NCBI RefSeq assembly: GCF_009914755.1
Contig: NC_060931.1
Source: the human T2T-CHM13v2.0 reference genome, Homo sapiens
Strand: one strand, 5' to 3'
Length of the DNA: 64,000 bases
Shown piece by piece: positions 40,820-56,697 of this stretch. How positions within the stretch are numbered: the first letter of the stretch is position 1; each line of letters begins with the position of its first letter. Below the pieces are notes generated by a model. It ran no database searches. It had not been told where the DNA came from and saw nothing but the letters and a program-made list of their open reading frames with translations. The position numbers and the translations under genes are program-made.

Positions 40820-41790
40820 CTTCAGTGCATAAAAGCAAAATCAATAGCTTCCTATCTTGTGTGATTTGAAGTGCTTGGAGAAAGTGGCACATACAAACCC
40901 TTCCTTGATTGACTTTACCAGCTGAATTACAATCCAGATACTACTCACATATACAACTCCCATTTTAAAAATGGGAGTCCTTTGTATGACATATACATGT
41001 TATCTGAGAAGGTAAGCTTTAAGTCATTTTTTCAGCCATCTACTTATTTCAGCCATCTACTCAATATTTGGCAGGATCTTAGAGACTTGCTTATCAGTTT
41101 TGATAGAACAGAAGGCAAGACGAGTACAGTAGAGTAGCATCTCTGGGGATTATCCCTAAAGGCTGAGCATTTATGGCCAACTTTAGAAGACCCATCAGGC
41201 AGAAAGAGTAGGGAGCAGAAAAAGAGGATACAGAAGGATGAAAATAAAAACTTAAAATAAATTTTGCATGCCTCAAAGCTGGGGCATATTTTACAGTTTT
41301 GCAGATGTTACAGAATTATTTTAGAGATGTTTTTGGATTCATCTCTTCAGTCTATATGTATGCAAGTCAATAATAGCTGAACAATTTGATGCAGCATTTA
41401 TATGTTTTCATCATATTTGATGCAGCATTTATTCCTGCTTACATGTCTTTAAGGCAACACTTGAATCTATGACATTGCCAGATCATAGAGAGATACCAGT
41501 GTGCTATTTCACTCAGCATTCTGGCTGCTTAATCTTTGCTGAACAAGGGAGCTTCCTGATTCATCCCTCTATATAATACAGGTATTTTTATGTTCAGATT
41601 GTGCTTGGTTCCAACTGATACGATCTAAGTATGTATAAATTTTTTTCTTTATCCATGTTGTACAGATATTAGTATCTGAGTGAAGAAAAATGAGACAGAT
41701 AAGTTCAAAGTTAGTTTTTAGTATCATTTATTTTTTCCAACCAAATAATTTTTTTTTCTTCATGCTCTGCAGAAAGTTGCAGAGCATGAA

Positions 41791-42169
<379 letters not shown>

Positions 42170-42683
42170 CTAAGAGACTCAAACCACATCAACTGTTGCC
42201 AGGATTGCTCCAGGCAAAATCATGAAATCATGATATTAACAGCATTAATGCACAAACTGACTGCTCAGTAATCATTTCTTAACATGTCCTTCTTTATTCA
42301 GGGTAAAATCAAGTAAGTTTAAGTCACTAGGCCACATTCAAAGTATGTGATCTACTGAGGTGAGTGAGAACTAGTTTGTCTCCTTTGAGCATCATGTGAA
42401 ATCCATAAAGCCATGCCTTTTTTAGGAGTAGGAATACTCAATCTGAGGAACAGCTTAAGTGAACATATACTTAGCGTGAAGTGAACATTCTGCACTTACC
42501 CAATTATTGGTCTCATTTCTAAAAACCCACCTAGGATTACTATGTTAAGTTGCATCTCCATTATGGTCACCCGGTTGTGTTCTTTCCAAAATTCTGTCTG
42601 CCACTGCACTGTCAACTGCCCACGCAAATAATTGTGGCCAAAAGGGAATTATGTCATTATTCAATTAAGAAGTACATCTTAAC

Positions 42684-43026
<343 letters not shown>

Positions 43027-44949
43027 TTACAGGTCCATTTTACACTGTTTGCTCTCTTAGAATATGCACCAACCAAATAACCTCAAATAGTAAATTTTTC
43101 AAGGTAGAAACTAATTACATGATGAGTTGCACATAACATTACCGCTCCAAAGAAAAGCTAACATATTTGTCAATTTTGAAGTCTTAGTGCAGATTCTATA
43201 GTCTCTAATGTATATGACTGGTAGAGAATTGGTAGGGGTAAGGTGATATTCTGGTCTTTCACTAGCTTAAGCCAAACAAATAATTACAATGAGCTAGATG
43301 ACTTCAAATGAGTGACACTGTTCTGTATTTAGCAGCTCCCAGTCTTGAAATATTATCCTTCACTCTCATATGTTCTTTTACTGGTACTTAAATAATCTTG
43401 ATTATTTTTCTGAGACCATAAAGGGTATTCTGTACATCTTCTGCAGGCTTGCTTTCCTTCTCACATCCATAAGTGAGAATGTCCCCAGATACTCAATTCT
43501 TAGCCCTGAATTCTAAAATTTTTCTAAGTTTTCTGCATGTGCTATATATTGACAGTGAAACAAATATTTCTTATTTCAGATGTTTCTTTTCCATAGGGAA
43601 GGAGATCCATTAGCATATCCTGTTCTTTCTATCTTTATCAATCCTTGTGCCTTTTATGGAGATTTAGCTTGATTCTAATGGGCAAAACAAGGAATTTTTC
43701 TTAAGACTGGCTCTACCTGTCATAGCCCCTCCCACTCTTCTTTTCTGCTGAGAACGGTCTGTTATATTCATCTGGACTTTTCATTCAAGACAGTTAGTCA
43801 TAAAGTAAATGGATTGACTTTGAAAATTAAAAAAAAAAATCCCTAAAACTAAAAAATTCACGGGAAGACTTAACAAGAATCATAAAAAGATCTTTCAACT
43901 TTTCATTGATTATCTTTGTATAAAACAATGTAAATTTTCAAGTGTATCAGTACAGAAACTTTTTGTGATCCATTAGATGTTTGTACATTTTGCCTCTAAG
44001 CCTCTTTTCAATCCTGGAATCCCCTTTGCAGGAGGTGACACTTTTGATCATACAAGAGTTTTTCTTTTTTTTTTTTTCTAGTAGTTTTCTTGCTTTTTTC
44101 TCTATTCTGATATTTTCACTAATTTTTCACATTCCCTAAAGTTCTATGTAGCCAGTTCTAGGTTTCAAATCTACCTTGAAATTTATGCAGACAGCTAGCC
44201 AGTAGCAAATTATCTATGTTTGCTTTACCACATAGCAGTTTGAGGGATAGTGAATCATTTGTTAGACAAGATTATAATGCCCAAAGCAACTCCACATAAG
44301 TGAGAAAGAAGAAACTATTCTTCAGGCTTGCAATTCAAGTTAACTGGACCAGAACAATACAGCTATGGAGGCAATGCCATAAAGTTGTCTGCTCCCAACA
44401 TCATTTCAAATTTGAAAATATCTATATCCCAAATCCTTAAAGTTACGTTATGTTAAATTATCAGAGAAAGATGCCAGGCTCTAGCCATTTGAAAAGTGAT
44501 TTCAATTTATATAACTATTTAATTTATGCAAAGGTTAAAACTGATATTGTTTGACAGAAATTATTAATTATGTCCTTCACAATGTAGTTCAAGCAATGGA
44601 AAGGAATAAGAAATTGTCTGTTTCCATAGACAGTCACTAGCAAAGCAGAGATAGAAATCAGACACCTTCAATGAGTTAAATATTCTGAGAATTTTCTATA
44701 TTATGGAAAAACAGTCTCTTATGAAAGCTTTTTAAAGAAAATAATAAACACGACATAATCCTTTTTTCTTAACTATAAGAGAGACTTATTCTAAATATAC
44801 ATACATAAGTATATTCTATATTTTAGAAATTATTAAACTTGAAATATTTAAAACAACATAATATTTTGAACATACATTAATTTATTCGCAATAAAATCCC
44901 TAATTTGTTTTTAAATATATCTGCTTAAAGGAGGAAGGGTGACTATATA

Positions 44950-45615
44950 AAATAAGATTGCAACATAAAGCTACAAGGCTCAAGAAAAAAGTAAGAAGAA
45001 AACAGAATGTGAAAATAGATACTGGTGAAGTTCAAGAAACAGAGAAAGAAGGAAAAATCATCACAGTAATTAATACCATATAAGAAGCAACGCAATGGAA
45101 AACAAGCACTTTTAAACTATACAATAAGGCCACGTAGAACAAGCCTCAGAGAAAATGAAATTGAAAATGAAATGAAAAATAATACAAAAGTAAAAAGAAT
45201 AGATTAATAGCAATCACTAGAGCCAACAGGTGACAGCTAACTCACATGTAAAAGGTGTCTCCACAAAAGAAAACTAAAAAAATGAAAGAAAAATATGTAA
45301 AGATTCAACTAGATGAAATTTTCTTGAGCTTAGAGCTAGGAGATTAAAAGAATGCAACATGTTCAAAGAAAAAGTGACAGAGAGAAATCAAACTGAGGTA
45401 TAAATTAATAGACATATAGGGTTTTAAAGATTTTTTAAAAAATATTTGGACATTTAGACAAAGAACTTAAATAAAATAATCAGACTTTTGTTAATATAGA
45501 AAATAGCAGGGTAATTATTACAAAATCCTCATGGAAAGAAAGTGTGAGTCCCTCAGAATTTCCTATCCTGAATAAGAGAAGAAGCAATAGACAATACATT
45601 TACTCATTCAAGATG
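44950..45615 (+). mobile_element. Very old L1-ORF1-like relic (HAL1/L1M); probably continues ~47230-47920
   Basis: A-rich degenerate ORF1-like motifs (GAAATTTTCTTGAGCT, AAATAATCAGACT, AGAATTTCCTATCCTG). Confidence 0.4.
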
Positions 45616-45619
45616 CAAT

Positions 45620-46845
45620 GATTTTTGTATATGGTGAGAGATAAGGGTCTAGTTTTATTCTTCGGCATGAGACTTTCTATTTTCCCCAACACTACTTATT
45701 GAGAAAAGTATCTTTTCCCCAGTGTATGTTCTTGGCACCTTAATTGAAAATCAGTTTGCTAGAAATACGTGGACTTATTTCTGGGTTCTTTATTTTTTTC
45801 CATGGGTCTATGTGTTTGTTTTTATACCAATACCATGCTGTTTGCTTACTATAGCTTTGTGCTTTTTGTATTACAGTACATTTTGAGGTCAGGTAGTGTG
45901 ATGCCTCTAGCTTTGTTCTTTTTGTTCAGAATTGTGTTGGTTATTTGATGTTTTTCATGGTTACATGAAATTTCAGACTTTTTTTTATTTTTGTGAAGAA
46001 CATCATTGGTGTTTTGATAGGGATTACATTGAATCTGTAGATTGCTTTTGGTAGTATAGTCGTTTTACAATAATTATTCTTCCAATCTATGAACCAGGAA
46101 TATATTTCAATTTTTTGTGTTCTCTTCATTTTTTTAATCAGAACTTTATGATTTTCATTGTAGAGATATTTCACCTCTTTAATTAAATGTATTCCTAGCA
46201 ATTATTTTGTGTGACTGTTGTAAATGGGATTGCTTTATTGATACCTTTTTCAGGTAAATCCTGTTATTGGTCAAAAGAAATGCTAACTTTTATGTGTTGA
46301 TTTTGTACGCTATGACTTTACTGAATGTATTCATCAGTTCTAAGCATATTTTGTGGGATCTAGGTTTTTCGATAGATAAAAAATGATGTCTCCAGAGGGG
46401 CAATATGACTTCCTTCTTCCCAAGTTGGATGCACTCTATGTCTTTCTTCTGCCTAATTGCTCTGCAAGAACTTCCAGTACTATATTGAATAAGAGTGGTA
46501 AAATTGAGCACCTTTGTCTTTTCAAGTTATTTCTTGTTCAGTGTGACACTACCTACAGGTTTGTAATATATGGCCTTTATTGTGTTGAGGTACATATTTC
46601 TATACCTAATTTGTTTAAAGTTCTTACATAAAGGAAAGTTTAATTTTATAAAATGCTTTTTCTGCGTCTTTGAGATGATCATATAATTTTTTTCTTTATT
46701 CTGTGGATGTGATGATGTAGCATATTTATCAATGAATCATCCTTGCCCCGTGAGACAAATTGCACTTAGTCATAGTATATTATCTTCTTGATGTACTGAT
46801 GGATTCAGTTTGCTAGTATTTTCTTGAGGATTTTTGCATTTTTTG
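45620..46845 (-). mobile_element. L1MA ORF2 segment (inverted 5' part of a twin-primed insertion)
   Basis: Antisense ORF2; ORFs 45941-46201 (ILPKAIYRFNVIPIK) and 46290-46511. Confidence 0.85.
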
Positions 46846-46849
46846 TTTT

Positions 46850-47225
46850 CAATCATATGTGGAAGCTAAATAAGTAATCTCATAGAAGTGGAGAGTAGAA
46901 TAGTGGTAACTGGAGGCTGATAAGGCTAGCAGGGAGGAGGGGATAAGAATTTGGCTAATGGATATAAAATTACAACTAGATAAAAGGAATAAATGTTGGT
47001 ATTCTACAGCACTGTAGGGTGATTATAGTTAACAATTATTTATTCTCTATTTTTAATAGCTAAAAGAGAGGATTTTGAATGTTCATTATAAAGAACTAAC
47101 TATTTGAGATTATGTATATTCTAATTACCCTAATTTGATCATTACACATTGTATACAGGTATAAAAATATCACTGGACCCCCATAGATATGTAAAATTAC
47201 TATGTAAATTAAAAATAATTTTATA
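46850..47225 (+). mobile_element. L1MA 3' end (non-inverted part)
   Basis: CATATGTGGAAGCTAAA...TTTGATCATTACACATTGTATAC...AATTAAAAATAA. Confidence 0.85.
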
Positions 47226-48468
47226 AAAATGCTATAAAATATAGTGATCATAAGTCCTCCTTGAAAAGACCAAGAGGACAAATCAGCCATGGAACACATG
47301 AATAAACAAATCTGTGACAAAGGAATAAAGAGATCTGTGACATGAATAAAGAAATTGGTGACAGAAAACTGGCAGTAAACATTGAATATATTTAAATATA
47401 GGGCTAAGTTTAAATTTCAATGGAAATTTTTCTTACATAAAAATAAAATTTTAGAAATTACAAATTTATGTTTTATAATTTATATTCTGAAAATATAGAA
47501 AAGGTGAGAGGGATGAGGTATAGGAAGGGAGAGGCAAATATATTTAAAATTAGCAAATTAAGCATTACAAATATGGACATATATTTTATCTCTACAGGAA
47601 GCCACTAGTGAACTAAAAATATAACATCCTAAGAATATAATAAATTAGCCTCAGGAAGGGGAGAAAGTAAGGTAGAAGGCAGTAGAAGTATACTTATGTC
47701 ATTACCTAGAGTGGAGAATTAATACATACTCTCAAAAAATAAAAAATTATACACTATAATATTGCTCTATAAAGTTCACCAAAAAAAAAAAAAAAACTGA
47801 AATTTTCTGTAAGAGCACATGGCACAAAACAAAGCAAAATAAGAACCATCTTACAGTGAAAGAAAGATGAAGAAGAAAGGTAAGAAGAGAAGGTTGGGGG
47901 GAATCAAAAGCAAGAAACACTAGTATCGAAGTGAGGTCAGCAAGATGGTATAATAAGAGGTCCTCCACCTGTAAACTCTCACAATAATAATTTGACAGTC
48001 AGCCACCAAATCAAAGTGCCTTGTGGGAGCTTTGGGATCCAGGTAGGAGGGTGCAAAACCCAGGTGAGTCCAAGAATGAGGAAGGTCGATTTGAGAAGGT
48101 AGGCCTGTGTCCAAATGGCAGACTTGCTGATGATGGCCTTGGCTGCAGACACAAAAACAGTTCTGTCCCCATGTGAACTCAGATGTAGCCTTAATTTTCC
48201 GTGCTCTGCCACCAGCAACCTCCAATAAAAGACCTTGGAGAAGCTATACCTGCCCATGTCTTGGGTAACAGGTCCACCAAACTCTGTTCTGGCCATAGAA
48301 CACGAAGCAGCTCGTGACTCTGGTTCAGTCCTTCTCAGCTGCAGCCTGGACGCAGCCCTGCTCATCCAGAGACCTGAATGGAGATGCACTCATTCATAAC
48401 TCTACACCTAAGCCCCACAGACCTCTGCCTACAGAAGCAGCCCTCTGACCCACCACCAGCCCCATTCA

Positions 48469-48687
<219 letters not shown>

Positions 48688-51600
48688 TCATTTCCACTAG
48701 ACCTGCCTTAAAACAAAAGGATGCTAAGTAACAACATGAAAACCATGAAATTATAAAAATCATTGTTAAACATAAACGTATACTCAAATTTAGAATAATA
48801 GCGTAATAGTGTTGCATAAATCAATTTTAACTCTAGCATAAAAATTAAAAGACAAGAGTATTAATAATAACTGTGGCTGCAATAATTTGTTGATGGATAC
48901 ACAATATGAAAGATATATGGTGTGACAGCAACAGCATAAAATGTGGGGAGGAGTAAAAGTGTCAAGCTTTTGTATGTGATTGAAGTTTAGCTGTTTTCAG
49001 TTTAAAATAAACTCTGTAACTATAAAATGCTCTATGTAAGCCTCATAGTAATCACAAAGAAAACTTCAAGCAGATACAGAAAAGATAAAGAAAAAAGAAT
49101 TAAAGTGTATTACTACAAAATATCAATAATGTCAAAAGAAGACAGCCAGAAAAAAAGGCAGTGGGTTGCTGGAGGGAAGCAACAAAGCAGTCAGAAAACA
49201 AAGTGGCAATTGTATATCCTTACATATGAATAATTATTTAAATATAAGTGCATTAAATTTTTAATAAAAAATACAGAATGGATGAATGAAATAATAAACA
49301 AGATCCAACAATATGTTGCCTACAAGACATTCACCTTAGCTTAAAGAACACACATAAACTGAAAGGGAAGGCATGGAAAATGATGTTTTATTCAAATGGT
49401 AACCAAAACAGAGCAATGGTGGGAATACTTATCTCAGACAAAATAGACTTTAAATCAAAAACTGTAACAAGAGACAAAGAATATCTCTTTATAATGATAA
49501 AGTGGTAATTATTGCCAGAGGATATATCAATTGTAAACATATAGGCATACAACACTGGAACAGCCAAATACAAACAAAAATATTAACAGAACTGAAGTGA
49601 GAGGTAGGCAGCAATATAACAGTAGTAGGGACCTACAATATTCCACTTTCACCAGTAGATAAATCATTCATAAAGAAAATCAATTTAAAAAACAGAGAAC
49701 TTAAGTACTATAGACCAAAAGCACCTAACAGACGTTACAGAGCATTGCATGAAACAGCAGCAGAATATACATTTTCCTGAAGCACATCTGGAACACTTTC
49801 CAAGAGAGATCATGTGTTAGGCCACAAAACAACTCTTAAAAAATTTAAGAAGATTGAAATCTCATGGAGTATCTTTTTTGACCACAATGGTATAATACTG
49901 GAAATAAATAACAGGAGGACTCTTGGAAAATTCACAAATAAGTGGAAATTAAACAACACCCTCCTGAACAACCAATAGGTCAAAGAACTCAAGTGGGAAG
50001 TAACAATGTATCTTGAGACAAATAAAAGTGAAAACATAACATACCAAAACTAATGGGAAGCAGCAAAAGTAGCATGAAAGAGAAATACATAATGATAAAT
50101 GTCTACATTAAAAAAGAAATATCTCAAAAAAACAGCATCTCTTTATATGTCAAGAAACTAGAAAAATAACAAACTAAGCCCACAGTTAACAGGAGAAAGT
50201 AATAAAGATTAAAGCAGAAATAAATAGAGAGTAGGAAGACAACTGAAAAGATTTTTTTTTAAACTGTGTTTTTTAAAAAAGATAAACACAAAGACAAGTC
50301 TTTAGCTTGACTAATGAAAAAGAATAAAATTATATTGCAAGAGGAGATACTATAATTTATTCAATAGAAATACAAAAAATCATGAGACTACTATGAAAAT
50401 TATATTCCAACAAATTGGATAATCCAGGAAAACATCAATAACTTCCACAATAATGGATGTTTTAAATACAACTAACCAAGACTAAATTATGAAAAAAATA
50501 GAAAATCTGAACCAGAGCAATAATAACTAAAGAGATCAAAGCAGTAATCAAAAACCTTCCAACAAAGAAAAGTACAGGACCAGATGGCCTCACAGATGAA
50601 TTTTACCAAACAGTTAAAGAATTAATGCCAATCCTTCTCAATTTTTCAAAATCTAAAGAAGGGGAACACTTCCAAACTAATTTTATGAAGTCAGCATTAC
50701 CTTCATACCAAAGCCAGATAAGGACAGTACAATAAAAAAAATTGCAGGCCAATGTTCCTCATTAACATAGATGCAAAAAGCTTCAACAAAATACCAGCAA
50801 ATCAAGTTCAACAGCATGATAAAATGATGATACACCATGATCAATTGGGTTTTATCCCTGGAGTGCAAGGATGTTTTGACATATACAAATCAATAAAAAT
50901 AATACACTACCTTAAGAGAATGCAAGATACAAATCACATGAGCATCTCAATAGATGCAGAAAAAACATTTGACAAAATTCAACATCCTTTTATGAGAAAA
51001 ATTCTCAACAAGTTAAGAATAGAAATAATGTACCCTAACCTAATAAACACCTTATAAAACAAGCCCATAGCTAATACTATACTCAATGGAGAAAAATATT
51101 TCTCCTAAGATCTGGAATAATACAAGGGTACTCACTCTTATTTATTTTATTCAACATAGTAGTAAACTCCCTGGACAGAGAAGTTGGCAAGAAAAAGAAA
51201 GGAAAGTCATCCAAATTTAAAAGAAAAAAGCTAAATCTTCTGTGTACTGATGATACGACTTTATATATAAAATTTCCTGAAACTCCACCCAAAACAATTA
51301 GAACTAATAAATGAATTGCAGGGTACAAAATTAACATATAAAAATAAGCTGTGTTTCTGTTATGAACTATCCAAAAATGAAATTTCAATAGCATCCCAAA
51401 AAGCAAATATGTAGGAATAAACTTAACCAAGAAGGTGAAAGACCTGTACACTGAAAACTATAAAACCCTGATGAAAGAAATTAAATGAGACACAAATAAA
51501 ATGAAAAGGCCTCCTGTGTTCATGGGTTGGAAGACTTAAAAAAATGTTCATACCATCAAAAACAATCTACAGATTCAATATTACCCCATAAAAAAATCCA

Positions 51601-53102
51601 ATCATATTTTGTACAGAAATACAAAAAAAAATGCTAAAATTTATGTGGAACCACAAAAGACCCAGGAGAGGCAAAGTGATCTAGAGAAAAAAGAAAAAAC
51701 TGGAAGCAGTACATTTTCTGATTTCAAAATATATTACAAAGCAACAGTAATTTAAAACAGTATGTTCCTGTCACAAAGACACATAGGTCAATGGAGCAAA
51801 ACAGAGATGCCAGAATTATACCCGTCCATATGCAGTCAAGTGATTTTTGACAAAGGCGCCAATAAAAGATAATTTGAAAAGACAGTCTCTTCAATAAATA
51901 GTGTTGAGAAAACTGGATGTTCACGTATAAAAGAATGAAATTGGATTTTTATTGTGTACCATACACAAAAATGAGCTTGTAATGGGTTAAAGACTTAAAA
52001 GTAAAAATCTGAAGCCATAAAACTCCTAAAAGGAAACATAATAAATAATCTCTTTGACATTGGTCTTGACAGCGATTTTTGGATATGACACCAAAAGTGC
52101 AGGAAAGAAAAGGAAAAATGTATAAGCTATATCAAACTAAAAATTTCTGTACAGAAATGGAAACAATCAACAAAATTAAAATGTCAACCCACAGAATAAA
52201 AGAAAATACTTGCAGACTATATATCTAATAAGGTGTTAATATCCAAAATATATAAAGAATGAATACAACTTAACAGCAAACCAACAAACAAAACCCAAAT
52301 AACCTAATTTTAAAAAGGGAAAAGGATCTGAATAGACACTTTTCAAAAGAAGACATACAAATAGCCAACATGCTTATGAAAGCATCCTTAGCATCACTAA
52401 TCATCAGAGAAATACAACTCAAAACCACCATAAGACAATATCCTACATTTGTTAGGACAGCTATTATCAAAACAAACAAGCAAATCAATAGATAAGTGAA
52501 GACTAGAGTGTGAAGAATAGGGAGCCTGTGTACACTGTTAGCAGGAATTTAAATTAGTGCAGTAATTATAGAAAACAGTATGGATATTTCTCAAAAAAAT
52601 AAAAATAACACTAATATATGATTCAGCAATTCCACTTCTGGGTATATAGCCAAAGGAAATAAAATCATTATCTCAAAGGGGCATTCTTACTCCCACATTC
52701 ACTGCAGCATTATTCATAATATCCGACATGCAAAAACAATCTGTTTGTCAATGGATGAATGAATAAATAAAATACATACATATATACACACACATATGCA
52801 AAATAAAACTATTTATCCATAAAAAGGGAACCCCTACCATTTGCGACAACATGGATGAACCTGGAGGCTACTATGTTAAGTGAAATAAGTCAAGGAGAGA
52901 AATAAAAAATACTGTACTGTCTCATGTATTGTGGGGTTTTAAAAAGGGAAACCCACAGAAACAGAGAGTAGAATGGTGAATGCCAGGGACTGGGTGTGAG
53001 GGAATGGGGAGGTGTTGGTCAAAGGGTACAAGTTGTAAGATGAATAAATTCTAGGAATCTAACGTACAGCATGGTGACTTTAGTTAAGAATAAAGTATTA
53101 TA

Positions 53103-53403
53103 GGCCGGGTGGAGTGGCTCATGCCTGTAATTCCAGCACTTTGGGAGGCTGAGGCTGGTGGATCACGAGGTCGAGAGATTGAGAGCATCCTGGCCAATAT
53201 GGTGAAACCCCATCTCTACTAAAAATACAAAAATTAGCTGGGTGTGGTGGCGCATGCCTGTAGTCCCAGCTACTCGGGAGGCTGAGGCAGGAGAATTGCT
53301 TGAACCTAGGAGACAAAGGTTATAATGAGCTGAGATGGTGCCACTTCACTCCAGCCTGGTGACAGAGCTAGACTCCGTCTAAAAAAAAAAAAAAAAAAAA
53401 AAA
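53103..53403 (+). mobile_element. AluS (Sc-like)
   Basis: GCCTGGTGACAGAGC deletion; degenerate TSD AAGAATAAAGTATTATA/AAGAATACTGTATTGTA. Confidence 0.94.
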
Positions 53404-54127
53404 GAATACTGTATTGTATACTCAAAATTTGCTGAAAGTAGGTCTTAGATGCTCACACACACAAATGGTAACTTTGTGAGGTGATGAATGTGTTAGCCTG
53501 ATTATGGTAATCATTTCACCATATCAAATCTTTTCACTATATCAAATCATCATGTTTTACACCTTAAATGCAAACAATTTTTATTTGTCAATTATACCTT
53601 AATAAAGTTGAAAAAAGAAAGTAGCATAAAGAAGACAACAAAAAGAAAGATGATAATGCTTCGGTCAAATTCACCTATAATAAAAATTAGATAAATATGT
53701 TATTCTAATATATACATGTGGAGATTAAGCTTAGCTTACACAGTAAAACCAAGCTATGTGGTTCAGGTAAGAGGTAGTGTCGTGACATGGTCACGAGGAC
53801 ACATGTACAACAGTGGCACTACATTCTGAAAATGTGAAATGAAATATGAATTGTCAACAAAACTCATAGGCAGAGAAGAAACAAAGTGCTTTAGACCTCA
53901 TCTTTTCGCCATTTTGTAGCAAAGAATATTTCTGGGCTTGACACACCATTGTAAAGGTTATATGAGAGGAAACATGTCCCAAAACACTTTCATATTTACA
54001 GAGAAAGGTGGGAAGCAACCATGGGGAATCTTCTAATCAAGGAAATGGCCTTACTAAGCAAGGTCTCCACAGCTCTAACTTACATCAATTTGTTTGTTCA
54101 GTCAGATCAATTAAATATTAGAAATAC

Positions 54128-54395
54128 GTATTAGTCAGTTTGGGCTGCTTGAAAACATTTATTTCTCATGGTTCTGGGGACTGGAAACCTGAGATCAGGG
54201 TGCCTAGAAGGTCAGGTTCTTGATGAGGCCCCTCTTTTTGCTTATGTTCTCACATGGTCATTCCTTGATGCCAAGGTGAGGTCTTACATCTTTCCCTCTT
54301 TTTATAAGGGCATTTATCATGGGCCTCCACTCACATGACCTCATCTAAACCTAATTCTCTCCCAAAAGTCCCATCTCCTATCTTGGGGATAAAGC
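54128..54395 (-). mobile_element. MLT1A-type MaLR LTR
   Basis: GTATTAGTCAGTTTGGGCTGC...ATTTATTTCTCATGGTTCTGG...CATGACCTCATCTAAACCTAAT. Confidence 0.8.
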
Positions 54396-54413
54396 TCTCT
54401 CTCTCTCTCTCTT

Positions 54414-54507
<94 letters not shown>

Positions 54508-54536
54508 TATACGTGTGTGTGTGTGTGTGTCTCTAT
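54395..54536. repeat. (CT)n(AT)n(AC)n(GT)n compound microsatellite
   Basis: Directly visible. Confidence 0.96.
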
Positions 54537-54630
54537 CTCAGATTAAATTTAAATTTACTGATCCAGCTTCTTGCTCAACTACCTAAAGGTGACAGGAGAT
54601 GAGCCTCCTTCAGGGCATTAGAGTTTATCA

Positions 54631-54834
<204 letters not shown>

Positions 54835-55757
54835 TTAATCAAAAGGTTAAAATTCAAAGGATATGTCTAATGAATATATACAGGAGACAAGAGCAAATAT
54901 TCAAATATCACTTCTTGGTACAATACGAAGGTTTAAACTCAGAACAAATCACATTAGGAAATGGCTTATAAAATTTATAATAGTAAAGGTATAATCCACA
55001 AAAATTTCTAACCTTTATGTTCAGCTGTTCTAAAACATTCACGAAAATCAACCTCGTATTAAAATATAAGTACATCATCAATTAATTTACCAAAGTAGAA
55101 ATAGTATAAATGGCATTATGTGATCATCACATAAGGTAACCAGAAATTACTAGCATTATTATAGAGCAAAGGAAATGAATAAACATGTGAAAATGCTCCA
55201 TCTGGTAATAATGATAACAACAATAATAATATTAATAATAAACTATCTTAAAATCTTAGGTTGGAGAGAATTAAAATAAAGTTACAAAACATTTAGAGAC
55301 GTTTTTTGTCTCAGTCAGGTTTGTGAATTTATATAAGGAAATATAAGTAAAGCAATAAAGATAAATGCCTGGTCTTTAAAAATGGATCTATAAGTGCTGG
55401 TTTTTATCATAAACTGATGATGATATTGACTAGTATTATTATGAAAGAGTTGACAATGTTTTATAAATTTTGTATTGGTAGCTCTTTGGACAATTTTTAT
55501 CACTTTTAGGCATCACAAGTATTTGATAATTTTTTTTCAGAATCTAGAATGTGCTCAGGAACTGAGAGTCCAGCACACTGAGTGGCCAATTTTTGAATAA
55601 CAACATGTGTGAGACAAAACAAAGTATCAGGGTAAATTAGAATTTCCTCCTTCTTAGTGTTGTAATTACCTAATCAAAATATTTTTCAATTTCAAACATA
55701 TAATTTTATACATGAATCAATGTATTAAGTGAACTCCATGAGAGCAAATCAAGTTCA

Positions 55758-55925
55758 TTTTTATTTATTTGTTTTTCTAGAGACAGGGTTTCACAATGTT
55801 GCCCAGGCTAGAGTGCACTGGCTATTCCTAGGCATGATTGTTGCACACTACAGCCCTGAACTCCTGGGCTCAAATGATCCTCCTGTCTCAGCCTCCTGAG
55901 TAGCTTGGGCTACAAATGTGTGCTA
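55758..55925 (-). mobile_element. FAM (fossil Alu monomer, 7SL-derived)
   Basis: GAGTGCACTGGCTATTCCTAGGCATGAT...CACTACAGCC, the antisense of the FAM GTGAATAGCCACTGCAC segment. Confidence 0.8.
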
Positions 55926-56697
55926 TATTTAATATTTTTATATCTAACCATTAACCTAGCAACCAATTGGTAGGAAAGAAATATTAAATGTATAACTAAT
56001 ATTGGATAACAAATTGTAGTAACAAAAAATAATTCTAGGAAATTGTTTGCTGCCCTAAAAATGAGATTCACTTTCATTTTTATTATTGGTTTTACCCACA
56101 TAGGATTTTCTTGCAGAAAATTTACTATGTGGGTAAAAGTGGGACAGTAATCACCACAGTATAATGCAAAAAGACATGGGTCTCTAGCTTCCCAGCTCTT
56201 GCTTTCCACCACAGTGAAGGTAGTGAGCCAGGAAGATTTAGAGGGGCAGGCACCTTCATGTTTACTTTTCCTTATCTATCCACACCACCTAGTACAGTGT
56301 AAGGCATCTAACAAGACCTTGTTCTTATTTATTAATAAGAGCAAATGAGAAAGGAAATAAATGTTGACATTGATGCATGCATTCCAGTTCTCAGGTTTCA
56401 AATTGGGTGATGTGTCTTGTACATAAGGTACAAACTCTTTTACATAAGATACAAACTTTATAATTAGCTCTAGTTTGAAAATATCTAACTAATAGTTAAA
56501 CACCTAACTAACAGTTAGCCATGTAACTAATATAGTGAAAATTTGCTTTAAAACCATAATTAAAATTTTTTTCATTCTTTCTTGTCTGGTTAAGTTGCTC
56601 TCCTCCTTTATAGTTAGTAGCTTCTCCATGTTTTTACCCTTTAACCTGCCCCCAAAAGCCCCTTGATGTTGGGGCCTCTGTTCATATCTTCGGTTTC

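Noticed and set aside
55758-55925. 7SL RNA gene or pseudogene
   Set aside because: It lacks the 7SL S-domain and is better explained as a FAM monomer
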